Shown piece after piece: positions 46,282-55,619 of a stretch of DNA of 64,000 bases. The notes under the pieces were generated by a model. It was not told the DNA's origin and searched no databases. It saw only the letters and a list, made by a program, of their open reading frames with translations. The stretch covers positions 18,391 through 82,390 of the forward strand of contig CAZJBN010000003.1 in assembly GCA_964543955.1 (NCBI GenBank). Direction: 5' to 3'. Both the position numbers and the translations under genes were made by a program. Position 1 is the first letter of the stretch. Each line of letters opens with the position of its first letter. Origin of the DNA: an uncultured Bifidobacteriaceae bacterium. GTDB lineage: Bacteria; Acidobacteriota; Vicinamibacteria; Vicinamibacterales; UBA2999.

Positions 46282-47451
46282 CTACGCGACCGTCGCTGCG
46301 GCCTTCTTCGGAAAGATCTCCTTGAAGGCCTGGAGAAAACGATCCATCTCCTCGGGGCGGCCGACCGACACGCGCAGGTGCTGGAGCATCGGGGGGAACG
46401 GCCGGCCGACGAGAACTCCCCGCGTGCGGAACTCGTCGATGACCGGCTGAACGGTACGGCCGTCGAGGCTGACCATGAAGAAATTGGTCTGCGACGGGAT
46501 GACCGGATAGCCGTACGCCTCCAGTTCGCGCGTGGTCTTGTCGCGAAGCGCGACGATCTTCGCCTTCACGTCGGCCTGGCCTGCCGTGTCCTTGATCGAC
46601 GCGACGCCGCCCCACTTGACCAGTGCGTTGATGCTGTTCATCGAATACGGTCGCATCCGCTGGACGATGTCTGGCGTCGCGACGGCGTAGCCGAGCCGCA
46701 TGGCGGCGAGCGCCGCGATCTTCGAGAAGGTCCGCGCGATGATCACCGGCCGGCCCTCGAGCACGTAGGGGAGCGACGTGCCGTAAGCAGGGTCGTCCAC
46801 GAAGTGGTGGTACGCCTCGTCGACGAGCACCGGCATGCTCGTCGGGATACCGTCGAGGAGCTGCTTCACCTCGGCAGCCGTGACGATGACGCCCGTGGGG
46901 TTGTTCGGGTTGCACAGATACACGAAGCCGATGTCCGCTGCGTTCCGATTGGCGGCCTCGATCATCTGGCCGATGTCCTGGCGGTAGTCCTTGGTCAGCG
47001 GCAGCTTGATGGCCTCGGCCTTGATATTGGACGCGTGCTGATAGACGGACCCATAGGACGGATCGACGCCCAACACCTTCTTGCCGCCTGAGAGGAACGT
47101 CGTCCCGACCACCTGCAGCACCTCGCTGGATCCGGCGGTGAGCAGGATGTTCTCGGGCTTGACGCCGTGATGATCCGCGATGGCCTGCACGATGTTGCCG
47201 TCCGGATAGCCGTAGCGGTTGGCGTACTTCCACGCGTTGGTCATCGCGTTCATGACCGACTCGGGCGGGCCCCAGTTGTTCTCGTTGCTCGCGAGCTTGG
47301 CGAAGCCGTCGTACTCCGCCTCGGTGCCCCGGAACTGCGCGGTGCCTCCCTGCGCGACGAGCCCAATCGGCCCGCGCAGCCCGAAGAGGCCCATGGTGGC
47401 GGCAACCCCTCCGAAGAATCGACGACGAGTAAGTGGATGCGTGACGCCCAT
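46282..47451 (-). CDS. Class I/II PLP-dependent aminotransferase (HisC-like) carrying a twin-arginine signal peptide
   Basis: N-terminus MGVTHPLTRRRFFGGVAATMGLFGL (Tat motif). Then LASNENNWGPP, NPNNPTG and RTFSKIAALAAMRLGY (PLP lysine). ATG after GGAGAGG. Confidence 0.85.
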   Translation of the reverse strand: MGVTHPLTRRRFFGGVAATMGLFGLRGPIGLVAQGGTAQFRGTEAEYDGFAKLASNENNWGPPESVMNAMTNAWKYANRYGYPDGNIVQAIADHHGVKPENILLTAGSSEVLQVVGTTFLSGGKKVLGVDPSYGSVYQHASNIKAEAIKLPLTKDYRQDIGQMIEAANRNAADIGFVYLCNPNNPTGVIVTAAEVKQLLDGIPTSMPVLVDEAYHHFVDDPAYGTSLPYVLEGRPVIIARTFSKIAALAAMRLGYAVATPDIVQRMRPYSMNSINALVKWGGVASIKDTAGQADVKAKIVALRDKTTRELEAYGYPVIPSQTNFFMVSLDGRTVQPVIDEFRTRGVLVGRPFPPMLQHLRVSVGRPEEMDRFLQAFKEIFPKKAAATVA

Positions 47452-47537
47452 GAATTCACCTCTCCGGCTGAGAAACCGCCATGTCAGAGAGATTACCCGA
47501 TTCCGGCGGTGCCGCGCCTGACGAAGGCCGCGAGCTC

Positions 47538-48089
47538 TCAGTACGTCGGACGCGCACCGGTGATGGTGCCGCGAAGTTCGCGGAGCACGCGGTAGCCGGC
47601 TTCCCGCGCACCAGCCGTGTCATAGCATTCGCGAGACGGGCCGCAGGTTCGTTCGCCGATCGCCATGTAGAGGCGGCGCAGCGACTCGGCATCGACCACG
47701 CGGTGGTCACGGGATACCTCGAGCGCGTGGTAGAGCTCGTGGGCGAGCAGGGCGACGAGCGTGTCGCGTCCCAGCGAGTCGTCGACGGCAATGCGGACGA
47801 ATCGGCGGCCGCCCGTAGCGGCGACGAAGTGCATGACGCCCGGTGAGCCGCCACTGGTCCATGTCGGGGAAAACGTCGAGGCGGTGACGACGTGCACGAT
47901 GAGATCGGAGCGTTCGAGTTCGTCGAGGATGGCCACGAGCGTGATCGAGATACGCGAAGGGGCATCCAGAACGTCGTGCAGGGCCGGATCGAGAACACGC
48001 ACCGCCTGGGAGGGGGAGAGCCGCCGGGCGCTCTCGTCCTCCGCCAGTGAGAGGCCAGCGCAGAGTGTCAACGCGATGAAGAAGGGCAT
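47538..48089 (-). CDS. Small secreted hypothetical protein with an HExxH motif
   Basis: Short hydrophobic N-terminus MPFFIALTLCAGLSLA and a possible zinc-peptidase motif LLAHELYHALEV. No clear RBS. Confidence 0.45.
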   Translation of the reverse strand: MPFFIALTLCAGLSLAEDESARRLSPSQAVRVLDPALHDVLDAPSRISITLVAILDELERSDLIVHVVTASTFSPTWTSGGSPGVMHFVAATGGRRFVRIAVDDSLGRDTLVALLAHELYHALEVSRDHRVVDAESLRRLYMAIGERTCGPSRECYDTAGAREAGYRVLRELRGTITGARPTY

Positions 48090-48264
48090 GAACGCGACGA
48101 TAGACGGCGCGCGAGACGTGGCCGAGACGAGGCCGCGACGCCTGCGTAATCAGCGGGCATCGACCTCGTGAAGCCGCCACCTCGGCGGTGCCGTGCTCGG
48201 GGTTTCCATGGCACGGCGCGGCATGCACAATAGGATCACCAGCACTGACGCTGGCTGATCCGTT

Positions 48265-49623
48265 GTGCCTATGACAGCCACTGCCATCGTGTCATCGCGG
48301 GACGCCCTCATCGAACGCTACGATCGCGGCCGCGCGCGGTCTCGCGCGATCTTCGATCTCATCGACGAGGACGCGTACTACAGCCGGCCCATCGCCCTTC
48401 GTCATCCGATCGTGTTCTACGAAGGGCACCTGCCCGCCTTCAGCTTCAACACGCTCATCAAGCGCGGCCTGGGACGGCCGGGTATCGACGCGCGGCTCGA
48501 GCAGCTGTTCGCCCGCGGGATCGATCCGCACGAGTCAGCGGCCGATTCCTCGACCGGTGTCGCCGCCGGCTGGCCGACACGGCAGGAAGTGCGGCAGTTC
48601 GCGGACGAAGCCGATCGCCGGATTCGCGACGCCCTCGCGCGCGCGGAGATCGAGCAGCCCGGACATCCGCTCCTCGATCGCGGCGAGGCGGTCTTCGCGA
48701 TCCTCGAGCACGAAGCCATGCACCAGGAAACGCTGCTCTACATGTGGCACCGCCTGCCGCTCGCGCAGAAGCAGGGGCCGCACGGCTATCGGCCACACGT
48801 CGACGGCGCGGCGCCGGCCCCACGGTGGATCGAGGTGCCGGCCGGGCGCGCCACGCTCGGACGCGACCGCGGCACCCTCGAGTTCGGCTGGGACAACGAG
48901 TGCCCATCGGCGGTGGCCGACGCCGGGGCGTTCGCGGTCGAGTCCTGTGACGTCAGCAACGCCGCGTATCTCGAGTTCGTCGAGGCGGGCGGCTACGACG
49001 ACCCGGAGTGGTGGCGGCCGGAGGACTGGGAGTGGGCCCGAAGCCAGCGAGTCGGCCATCCCCTCTTCTGGGAGCGGCACGGCGGAGGGTGGTTCTGGCG
49101 TGGGATGTTCGACCTGCTGCCGCTGCCGCTCGCCTGGCCGGTTTATGTGAGCCAGGCCGAAGCGGCGGCCTACACGGCGTGGCGCGGGTGCCGCCTGATG
49201 ACCGAGGCGGAGTTCCAGCGCGCGGCATATGGCACTCCCGCCGGTACGGAGCGGCAGTATCCGTGGGGCGATACGCCTCCCGAGCCGCGGCACGGTGCGA
49301 TGGACTTCTCCTCGTGGGACCCGGTTCCCGCCGGCAGCCATCCGGCCGGTCGGAGCGCGTGGGGCATCGACGACCTCGTCGGCAACGGATGGGAGTGGAC
49401 GAGCACGACCTTCGCGCCGTTCGACGGGTTCGTGGCAATGCCGTCGTATCCCGAGTACTCCGCGGACTTCTTCGACCAGCAGCACGTCGTGATGAAAGGC
49501 GCATCGCCGGTGACGGCGGCCGAACTGGTACGTCCGACGTTCCGCAACTGGTTCCGGCCGCGGTATCCCTACGTCTACGCGACGTTCCGCTGCGCGCGCG
49601 ACCTCTCGCGGAGCGCCACATGA
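48265..49623 (+). CDS. egtB: Ergothioneine biosynthesis sulfoxide synthase EgtB (DinB-like plus FGE-sulfatase domains)
   Basis: HPIVFYEGHLPAF, ILEHEAMHQETLLY (DinB-like iron site) and the C-terminal FGE-type domain GNGWEWTSTTF...RNWFRPRYPYVYATFRCA. The start is GTG 48265 or ATG 48271. Confidence 0.88.
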   Translation: MPMTATAIVSSRDALIERYDRGRARSRAIFDLIDEDAYYSRPIALRHPIVFYEGHLPAFSFNTLIKRGLGRPGIDARLEQLFARGIDPHESAADSSTGVAAGWPTRQEVRQFADEADRRIRDALARAEIEQPGHPLLDRGEAVFAILEHEAMHQETLLYMWHRLPLAQKQGPHGYRPHVDGAAPAPRWIEVPAGRATLGRDRGTLEFGWDNECPSAVADAGAFAVESCDVSNAAYLEFVEAGGYDDPEWWRPEDWEWARSQRVGHPLFWERHGGGWFWRGMFDLLPLPLAWPVYVSQAEAAAYTAWRGCRLMTEAEFQRAAYGTPAGTERQYPWGDTPPEPRHGAMDFSSWDPVPAGSHPAGRSAWGIDDLVGNGWEWTSTTFAPFDGFVAMPSYPEYSADFFDQQHVVMKGASPVTAAELVRPTFRNWFRPRYPYVYATFRCARDLSRSAT

Positions 49624-50606
49624 GCACGGCTCGCCGCGCGCACTCGGTCCGATCCGCCGACGCGGAGACATCGAGGCGCCGCTTCGCAGACGACGTGCGG
49701 TACTACCTGTCGCTCGAGCCGCGGCAGTTGCCCTCGCGCTATCTCTACGACGCGCTGGGGTCGGCGCTCTTCGACGCGATTTGCGAGCTCCCCTGGTACG
49801 AGCCCACGCGGAGCGAGACGCGGCTCCTGCGCATGCACGCCGCCGAAGTCCTCGACCTCATGCGCCCGGTCGATCGCATTGTCGAACTCGGCGCCGGGAA
49901 CGGACGCAAGCTCGAAGCGCTCCTCGCCTCCCTCGCCCCTGGCGACGTGCCAGCGGACGTCCACCTCATCGACGTCTCGGCCCAGGCGCTGCGCGCCGCG
50001 GCCGACGCCGTGCGCGCCGTGGCGCCCGTGCGCGTTCACCTGCACGAGGCGCCCTACGAAGCCGGTCTGCGACACCTGGCCTCCGGGCCCGAGACCGGCC
50101 GCTCGCTGATGCTGTTTCTCGGGTCGAACATCGGCAACTTCGATCCGCCGGCCGCCGACGCGCTGCTTCGCCGTATTCGTGCGGCGCTCAGACCGGGCGA
50201 CGGCCTGCTCATCGGCGTCGACCTCGTCAAGCCCGAGCGCCAGCTGCTACTGGCCTACGACGACCCCCTGCAGGTGACGGCGGCGTTCAACCGCAACCTG
50301 CTGGTTCGGATCAACCGCGAGCTCGATGCGAACTTCGATCTGCACGGCTTCGCGCATCTCGCCGTGTGGAACGGCGCCGAGTCCCGCGTGGAGATGCACC
50401 TGGTGAGCGAGCGGCTCCAGCGCGTGCGCATCCGCGCCGCCGACCTGGAACTGACGTTCGAGAAGGGCGACACGATCTGGACGGAGAGCTCCTACAAGTA
50501 CGAGCCCGATGCGCTCGTGCGCCGGTTCGAGGCCGCCGGCTTCGTACGGCAGGAGCAGTGGGTGGACGACTCTGCGCGGTTCGCGCTGACGCTCGTCGCC
50601 GCCTGA
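49620..50606 (+). CDS. egtD: L-histidine N-alpha-methyltransferase EgtD
   Basis: RFADDVRYYLSLEPRQLPSRYLYDALGSALFDAICELPWYEPTRSE, ELGAGNGRK, FLGSNIGNF and SYKY. The ATGA start overlaps the egtB stop. Confidence 0.9.
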   Translation: MSTARRAHSVRSADAETSRRRFADDVRYYLSLEPRQLPSRYLYDALGSALFDAICELPWYEPTRSETRLLRMHAAEVLDLMRPVDRIVELGAGNGRKLEALLASLAPGDVPADVHLIDVSAQALRAAADAVRAVAPVRVHLHEAPYEAGLRHLASGPETGRSLMLFLGSNIGNFDPPAADALLRRIRAALRPGDGLLIGVDLVKPERQLLLAYDDPLQVTAAFNRNLLVRINRELDANFDLHGFAHLAVWNGAESRVEMHLVSERLQRVRIRAADLELTFEKGDTIWTESSYKYEPDALVRRFEAAGFVRQEQWVDDSARFALTLVAA

Positions 50607-50678
50607 CAGACCCATTCCTCGGGCACGAGATGCTCATGCAGGTCGAGCTCTGATTCTCGCTCGGCTCGGGCGAGCCCT

Positions 50679-50704
50679 GAGCCCCTCGGCCCGGCTCGGG
50701 GCTC
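50679..50704. terminator. Hairpin between convergent egtD and the DUF481 gene
   Basis: GAGCCCC (50679-50685) / GGGGCTC (50698-50704) with a 12-nt loop. Confidence 0.3.
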
Positions 50705-50743
50705 CATGAGCGTACATCGAAGGGAGCGAAGGCCTGGTCCGGG

Positions 50744-51520
50744 TCAGAACTTCGCCGTGATCGCCGTGATCAGGGCGACGTCGTTCTGCCTGGTCTCCGG
50801 CGTTGGCGGTCGATTCTGGAAGGTGTTGAGCACGTCGACCGACAGCTGCAGATTCTCCGAGACCTTCGCTGCGAGGCCGAGCGAGAACGTGTACAAACCG
50901 TCGGCGAGATCGTCGGCCTTCCACAACCCGGTGACCGCCTGCTTGATGGTGGCGGTCTCGGTGACCGCATGCTCGAACTTCTCCGCGGCCGTGAGGGCCA
51001 TGTCCGTGCGGACCTCGACGTCGGGGTTCTTCTCCCAGACGATACCGAGACCGCCATCGACCGAGAACTTCGTTCGGTCGCTGTCGACCACGTTGTATCC
51101 GGCGCCGACCGTCGACGCGAAGAGGTAGTCGATCAACTTGAAGGTGTCGCGCAGATAGTCGAGCTGCCCGAAGACGAAGCTGCGTTCGGTGAGCGCAAAC
51201 TGATCGCGGAAGCCGAGCGACAGGCGATCGGCGACGAGCTCCTCCTGCTGCGTGCCGCGGAGGTACAGACCGGTCCACTTCAGCATGTTGCGCTCGTTCG
51301 GGCCGCGCGTGACGTCGAACGCGACATTCACGTTGAGCGTGTCGCTGTTGCCGCTCGTCAGCGCCAATCCGGCGCCGGCCGTCCCCTCCCACATCCCCGG
51401 ATCGGGCGGTTCCTGGGGCGGGGCGGGATCCTGGGCGAACACGTCCGTGGCGAAACCAATCACGAAAGCGGCCGTCAACGCCGCAACAACCGGTGACAGC
51501 AAACGCGTGACACGACGCAT
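50744..51520 (-). CDS. DUF481 (YdiY-like) outer-membrane beta-barrel protein
   Basis: Signal peptide MRRVTRLLSPVVAALTAAFVIGFATDVFA. GAGLALTSGNSDTLNVNVAFDV and a C-terminal ...ITAKF. ATG at 51520 after GAGGAA. Confidence 0.75.
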   Translation of the reverse strand: MRRVTRLLSPVVAALTAAFVIGFATDVFAQDPAPPQEPPDPGMWEGTAGAGLALTSGNSDTLNVNVAFDVTRGPNERNMLKWTGLYLRGTQQEELVADRLSLGFRDQFALTERSFVFGQLDYLRDTFKLIDYLFASTVGAGYNVVDSDRTKFSVDGGLGIVWEKNPDVEVRTDMALTAAEKFEHAVTETATIKQAVTGLWKADDLADGLYTFSLGLAAKVSENLQLSVDVLNTFQNRPPTPETRQNDVALITAITAKF

Positions 51521-51615
51521 CGTCATTCCTCGATGAATGCCTGGAAGTGGAGACATTGAATGGGAGGTTGCCGTTCCCCTGCCGAGGGCCATCGACAGCG
51601 GGCCAGGCGGATGGC

Positions 51616-51645
51616 GGTGGACCGAGCCGGACGGCCCGATCCACC
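51616..51645 (-). terminator. Hairpin 12 nt downstream of sodC
   Basis: GGTGGA (51616-51621) / TCCACC (51640-51645) enclosing a GC-rich inner stem. Confidence 0.3.
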
Positions 51646-51656
51646 ACGCTCAGGCG

Positions 51657-52181
51657 CTACTTGCTGATGATGCCGCAGACGATGCGGTCGCCGGCGTTGC
51701 CCGCGGGATCGCTCTTCATGTCGTCCGGCGACGCGTGCACGACCAGGGCCGTGCCGCCATTGGCGAACACCGAGTTCGCCTCGTTGCCGAGCGTGACGCC
51801 TCTGGCCATCACCGTCGCCCTGGCCGTGCCATCCGCTGCGACGGTGAAGTTCTCCATGTCGCCGGCGTGAGGACCCTCCGGGTTCTGCAGCCCGTGCTTC
51901 TTGCCGGCCGGGTTGAGGTGGCTGCCCGCCGAGGTGAACGCCGGCCCCTCGCACTTGGGAACGGCATGCACGTGAATGGCATGCACGCCGGGCTTCAGGT
52001 TCTGGAGGTCCAGCTGGATCTGAACGCCACCCATGGCCGACGACAGGGTCGCAGTGCCGACCGGCTTTCCCTGCGCGTCCTTCATCTCCACTTTCACTGG
52101 CGCCTGCGCGCCGATCGGGGCGGCTGCCACGACCAGCGCCAGCCCGACCGCACCAAGCCCGCGACTCAACAGTCTGCTCAT
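51657..52181 (-). CDS. sodC: Periplasmic Cu/Zn superoxide dismutase
   Basis: Signal peptide, then GVHAIHVHAVPKCE, AGSHLNP, HAGDMENF and GNAGDRIVCG. AAGGAG precedes the ATG. Confidence 0.92.
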   Translation of the reverse strand: MSRLLSRGLGAVGLALVVAAAPIGAQAPVKVEMKDAQGKPVGTATLSSAMGGVQIQLDLQNLKPGVHAIHVHAVPKCEGPAFTSAGSHLNPAGKKHGLQNPEGPHAGDMENFTVAADGTARATVMARGVTLGNEANSVFANGGTALVVHASPDDMKSDPAGNAGDRIVCGIISK

Positions 52182-52332
52182 CTCGTTACTCCTTTGGTGT
52201 CGCCCACACCGTCAATCATCTTATCCCTTCGGCGCGTTTCAATCCCGTGTCCGGCAGGCTCGCCATCCCGATCGGGCGCCTGCCTGATCACCTGACACAA
52301 CGGAACCGCGGCCGGGCCCGTCTAAGCCCGGC

Positions 52333-54894
52333 ATGGGGACCTTCCTCCGCGACGTGGGCTACGCACTCCGCAAGTTCGGCGCGGCGCGCACCTTCACGGC
52401 GACCGCCGTCCTGACGCTGGCCCTGGGCATTGGCGGAACCACTGCCATCTTCACGCTCATTCACGCGGTGATGCTGAAGTCGCTGCCGGTCGCCGACCCC
52501 TCGCGGCTCTACCGGGTCGGCGACGGCGACAACTGCTGCGTGCAGGGAGGCCCGCAGGGTCGATGGGGCATGTTCTCGTTCCCGCTCTTCGAGCGCATCG
52601 GCGCCGACGCGCCGGAGTTCGAGGCGCTCACCGCCTTCCAGGCCGGGATGGGACGGATGAGCGTGCGACGGCAGGGGGTACCCGACGCCCCGCGGCCGCT
52701 CCGCTCCACCTACGTCACCGGCAACTACTTCACGACGCTCGGTGTGCGCGCGGCGGCCGGACGCGTCTTCACCGCCGCAGACGATGTGCCGTCGGCGCCG
52801 CCGGTCGTCGTGCTCGCGTATCACGCCTGGCAGGGTGTCTACGGGGGCGACCCCTCGATCATCGGCGCCACGCTCGTCGTGGAGGGTCAGGCCTTCACCA
52901 TGGCCGGCGTCACCCCTCCCGGGTTCTTCGGCGAGACGCTCAAGGCCGGGCCGCCCGATTTCTGGGTACCGCTCCAGCACGAGCCGCTGATCGCCGGTGC
53001 CGAGACTTCGCTCCTCCGTCAGCCGGTCTCGGCGTGGCTGCGCGTCATCGGCCGGCTCCGGCCGGGCGCGTCCACCGGCGGCATGGAGGGACGGCTGACC
53101 GGCCTGCTGCGGCAGTGGATGCTCCACGAGGCGGGATACCCGCAGAACTGGATGGCCGAGATCGAACGGACGCTTCCGGAGCAGTCGATTGCCGTGGTGC
53201 CAGCGGGCGCCGGCGTTGGCCTCATGAAGGAGCAGTACGGGCGCAGCCTCAGGATCCTGCTGGCGGTCTGCGCGCTGGTGCTGCTCATCGCCTGCGCCAA
53301 TGTCGCCAACCTGCTGCTCGCCCGCGCGGTGGCTCGCCGTGGCCAGACTGCGATCCGGCTGGCAATGGGCGCTTCGCGCCGCCAGATCGTCACCGAGGCG
53401 CTGGTGGAGAGCGTCCTGCTCGCCATCGGCGGGGCGATTGCCGGGCTGATCGTGTCGATAGGCGCGTCGAAGCTGCTCTTGTCGCTGGCCTTCTCCGGCG
53501 CGACCGTCCTGCCGATCGAGACCATGCCCTCGCCGCTCGTCCTGGCCTTTGCTGCCGGCCTCGCGCTCGTCACCGGTCTCGTCTTTGGGGCGGCGCCGGC
53601 GTGGTTCGAGACCAGGACCGATCCCATCGAGGCGCTGCGCGGTGCGGGCCGCACCGCCGGCGACCGGTCGTCCTTCGCGCGAAAGGCACTGCTTGTCGTC
53701 CAGGCCACGCTCTCCGTGGTGCTCGTCGCCGGCTCGACGATGCTCGGGCGCAGCCTGGGCAACCTCGAGGGGCAGGACTTCGGCTTCACTCGCGAGGACC
53801 GCGTGCTCGTATCGGTCGGCCGGCCTTCGGCGTCGATCACCGGCCAGCGGCTCACCGCGCTCTATCGCGACCTCGAGGAGCGGCTCGGACGCATACCTGG
53901 CGTCGAGAGCGCCGGGCTCGCGCTGTACAACCCCCTGACCAGCAACTGGGGCGAAGGCATTCTCATTGCCGGGAAGCCCCTGCCGGCACCGGGCGAGCAG
54001 ACCGGCGCGTCGTGGGATCGGGTGAGCGCGGACTACCTGCAGCAGCTTGGCGTGAAGCTGGTGCGCGGCCGCCACTTCACGGCCGCCGACAACGAAACGG
54101 CCGAGAACGTCGCCGTCGTGAACGAAGCGTTCGTGCGCCGCTTCTTCAAGCCCGACGAGGATCCGCTCGATCAGCACTTCGGCCTCAACCTGCCCGAGAA
54201 CGTGAACTCCTTCCGGATTGTCGGCGTCGTCGGCGATGCGCGGTTCGCGTCGTTTCAGCTCGATCGGCCGATGCGGCCGATGTTCTTCGTTCCGCTCGCG
54301 CAGACGGTCGACTACGCGAACGAGATGATGCGCCGCGTCGAGACCGCGTCCCACTACGTCGGCGGGGTCCTGCTCGTCACGAGCACACCGCCAGGCGCGC
54401 TCGAGCCGCCGGTGGCGCGCGCCCTTGCCGAGGCCGATCCCAATCTCGCCCTCATCGACATCAGGACGCTGCAGCAGCAGGTCGATCGCAGCTTCGACCA
54501 GCAGCGCGCGGTGGCGACCCTGGCGGGCTTGTTCGGCATCGTCGCGCTGCTGCTTGCCGCCATCGGGCTCTACGGCGTGACGGCGTACTCCGTCGCACGC
54601 CGGACCGGCGAGATCGGCATCCGGATGGCGCTTGGCGCCGATCGTCGTCGCATCATCGGACTGGTCCTCGGCGGCGCATTCCGGCGCGTGGGAGTCGGTC
54701 TGCTGCTCGGTCTGCCGCTGGCGGTCGGCACCGGGTACCTCCTGTCAGCGCAACTCTACGGCGTGTCGTTCTGGGATCCGGTGGCGCTTGGTGTCGCGGC
54801 GATCGCACTTGCCATGGCGGGCTTCATCGCGTCGCTCGTGCCGGCGACGCGCGCGGCGGCGCTCGCGCCGATGCGCGCGCTCAGGACGGATTGA
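52333..54894 (+). CDS. ADOP-family duplicated MacB/FtsX-type permease (acidobacterial duplicated orphan permease)
   Basis: N-terminus FLRDVGYALRKFGAARTFTATAVLTLALGIGGTTAIFTL. Two MacB-periplasmic plus FtsX modules, each ending in ...LGA.R..I.. patterns. No ATPase gene is adjacent. Confidence 0.88.
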   Translation: MGTFLRDVGYALRKFGAARTFTATAVLTLALGIGGTTAIFTLIHAVMLKSLPVADPSRLYRVGDGDNCCVQGGPQGRWGMFSFPLFERIGADAPEFEALTAFQAGMGRMSVRRQGVPDAPRPLRSTYVTGNYFTTLGVRAAAGRVFTAADDVPSAPPVVVLAYHAWQGVYGGDPSIIGATLVVEGQAFTMAGVTPPGFFGETLKAGPPDFWVPLQHEPLIAGAETSLLRQPVSAWLRVIGRLRPGASTGGMEGRLTGLLRQWMLHEAGYPQNWMAEIERTLPEQSIAVVPAGAGVGLMKEQYGRSLRILLAVCALVLLIACANVANLLLARAVARRGQTAIRLAMGASRRQIVTEALVESVLLAIGGAIAGLIVSIGASKLLLSLAFSGATVLPIETMPSPLVLAFAAGLALVTGLVFGAAPAWFETRTDPIEALRGAGRTAGDRSSFARKALLVVQATLSVVLVAGSTMLGRSLGNLEGQDFGFTREDRVLVSVGRPSASITGQRLTALYRDLEERLGRIPGVESAGLALYNPLTSNWGEGILIAGKPLPAPGEQTGASWDRVSADYLQQLGVKLVRGRHFTAADNETAENVAVVNEAFVRRFFKPDEDPLDQHFGLNLPENVNSFRIVGVVGDARFASFQLDRPMRPMFFVPLAQTVDYANEMMRRVETASHYVGGVLLVTSTPPGALEPPVARALAEADPNLALIDIRTLQQQVDRSFDQQRAVATLAGLFGIVALLLAAIGLYGVTAYSVARRTGEIGIRMALGADRRRIIGLVLGGAFRRVGVGLLLGLPLAVGTGYLLSAQLYGVSFWDPVALGVAAIALAMAGFIASLVPATRAAALAPMRALRTD

Positions 54895-54927
54895 GGAGAG
54901 GGGACGGGCGACCCGTCCCCTTGTCCC

Positions 54928-55425
54928 TCACGCGACGGGCGCTTCGAGTGCCGCGCGCAGGGCCGCTTCGTCATCCTTGTTGAGCGAGGTCTGGAACACC
55001 TTGCCCTTGCCGACGAAGTCCTTCAACCCCTCGAGCACCTTGTCGTTGGTCGCCTTCCGAACGAGGACGAAGAGCGCCGAGCTGCCGGGCTTGAACGACT
55101 GCGCGAGGTCCTTCATCATCTTGTCGTCGAGGCCGATGTCGGACATTCGTCCGGACAACGCGCCGGCACCTGCTCCGAGCGCCCAGCCAAGCAGCGGGTT
55201 GAGGAAGATCATCCCGATGAGCAGACCCCAGAAGCCGCCGCCGACGGCGCCTGTTGCGGTCAGGTTGACCGCCTGATCCAGCTTGGTCTTGCCGTTCTGA
55301 TCCCTCGTCACGACGACCGAGTCTTCGAGCTCGATGAGATGTTGCTTCTGCATCTTGAGGAGCGCCGTTCGCATCTCGAAGGCGGTGGTCTCGTCTTCGA
55401 AGATCACGGCGACGAGATTGCTCAT
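54928..55425 (-). CDS. DUF1269-like membrane protein
   Basis: MSNLVAVIFEDETTAFEMRTALLKMQKQHLIELEDSVVV, then a Gly-rich TM segment GAVGGGFWGLLIGMIFLNPLLGWALGAGAGAL. AAAGGAG precedes the ATG at 55425. Confidence 0.75.
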   Translation of the reverse strand: MSNLVAVIFEDETTAFEMRTALLKMQKQHLIELEDSVVVTRDQNGKTKLDQAVNLTATGAVGGGFWGLLIGMIFLNPLLGWALGAGAGALSGRMSDIGLDDKMMKDLAQSFKPGSSALFVLVRKATNDKVLEGLKDFVGKGKVFQTSLNKDDEAALRAALEAPVA

Positions 55426-55619
55426 AGTGTGTGCTCCTTTGCTGGTGGTTCGGAGAAGCCCTGCCGGCCGGCGTCGCTTGCTCTCGCGCCGGCGGCGTGT
55501 CCGGAGGAGTGTACCTCCACTCGGTTTCGTTGCAACTCGACCATACGGCATCGGTTCGCAATCAGGCCGACACTCGTCACACGGTCGTGACGTCGACGCG
55601 GGTCGGCTCGTCTCGAGGC

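Noticed and set aside
45323-47233. A 636-aa minus-strand ORF spanning the DUF1028 gene and the aminotransferase.
   Set aside because: It is antisense to DUF1028 and out of frame with the aminotransferase, which has its own RBS, Tat signal and PLP motif.
52288-54983. A 688-aa antisense ORF (52288-54354) and an 806-aa alternative-frame ORF (52563-54983) over the ADOP permease.
   Set aside because: The permease frame has coherent TM helices and family motifs. The other two are Arg/Pro/Gly-rich artefacts.
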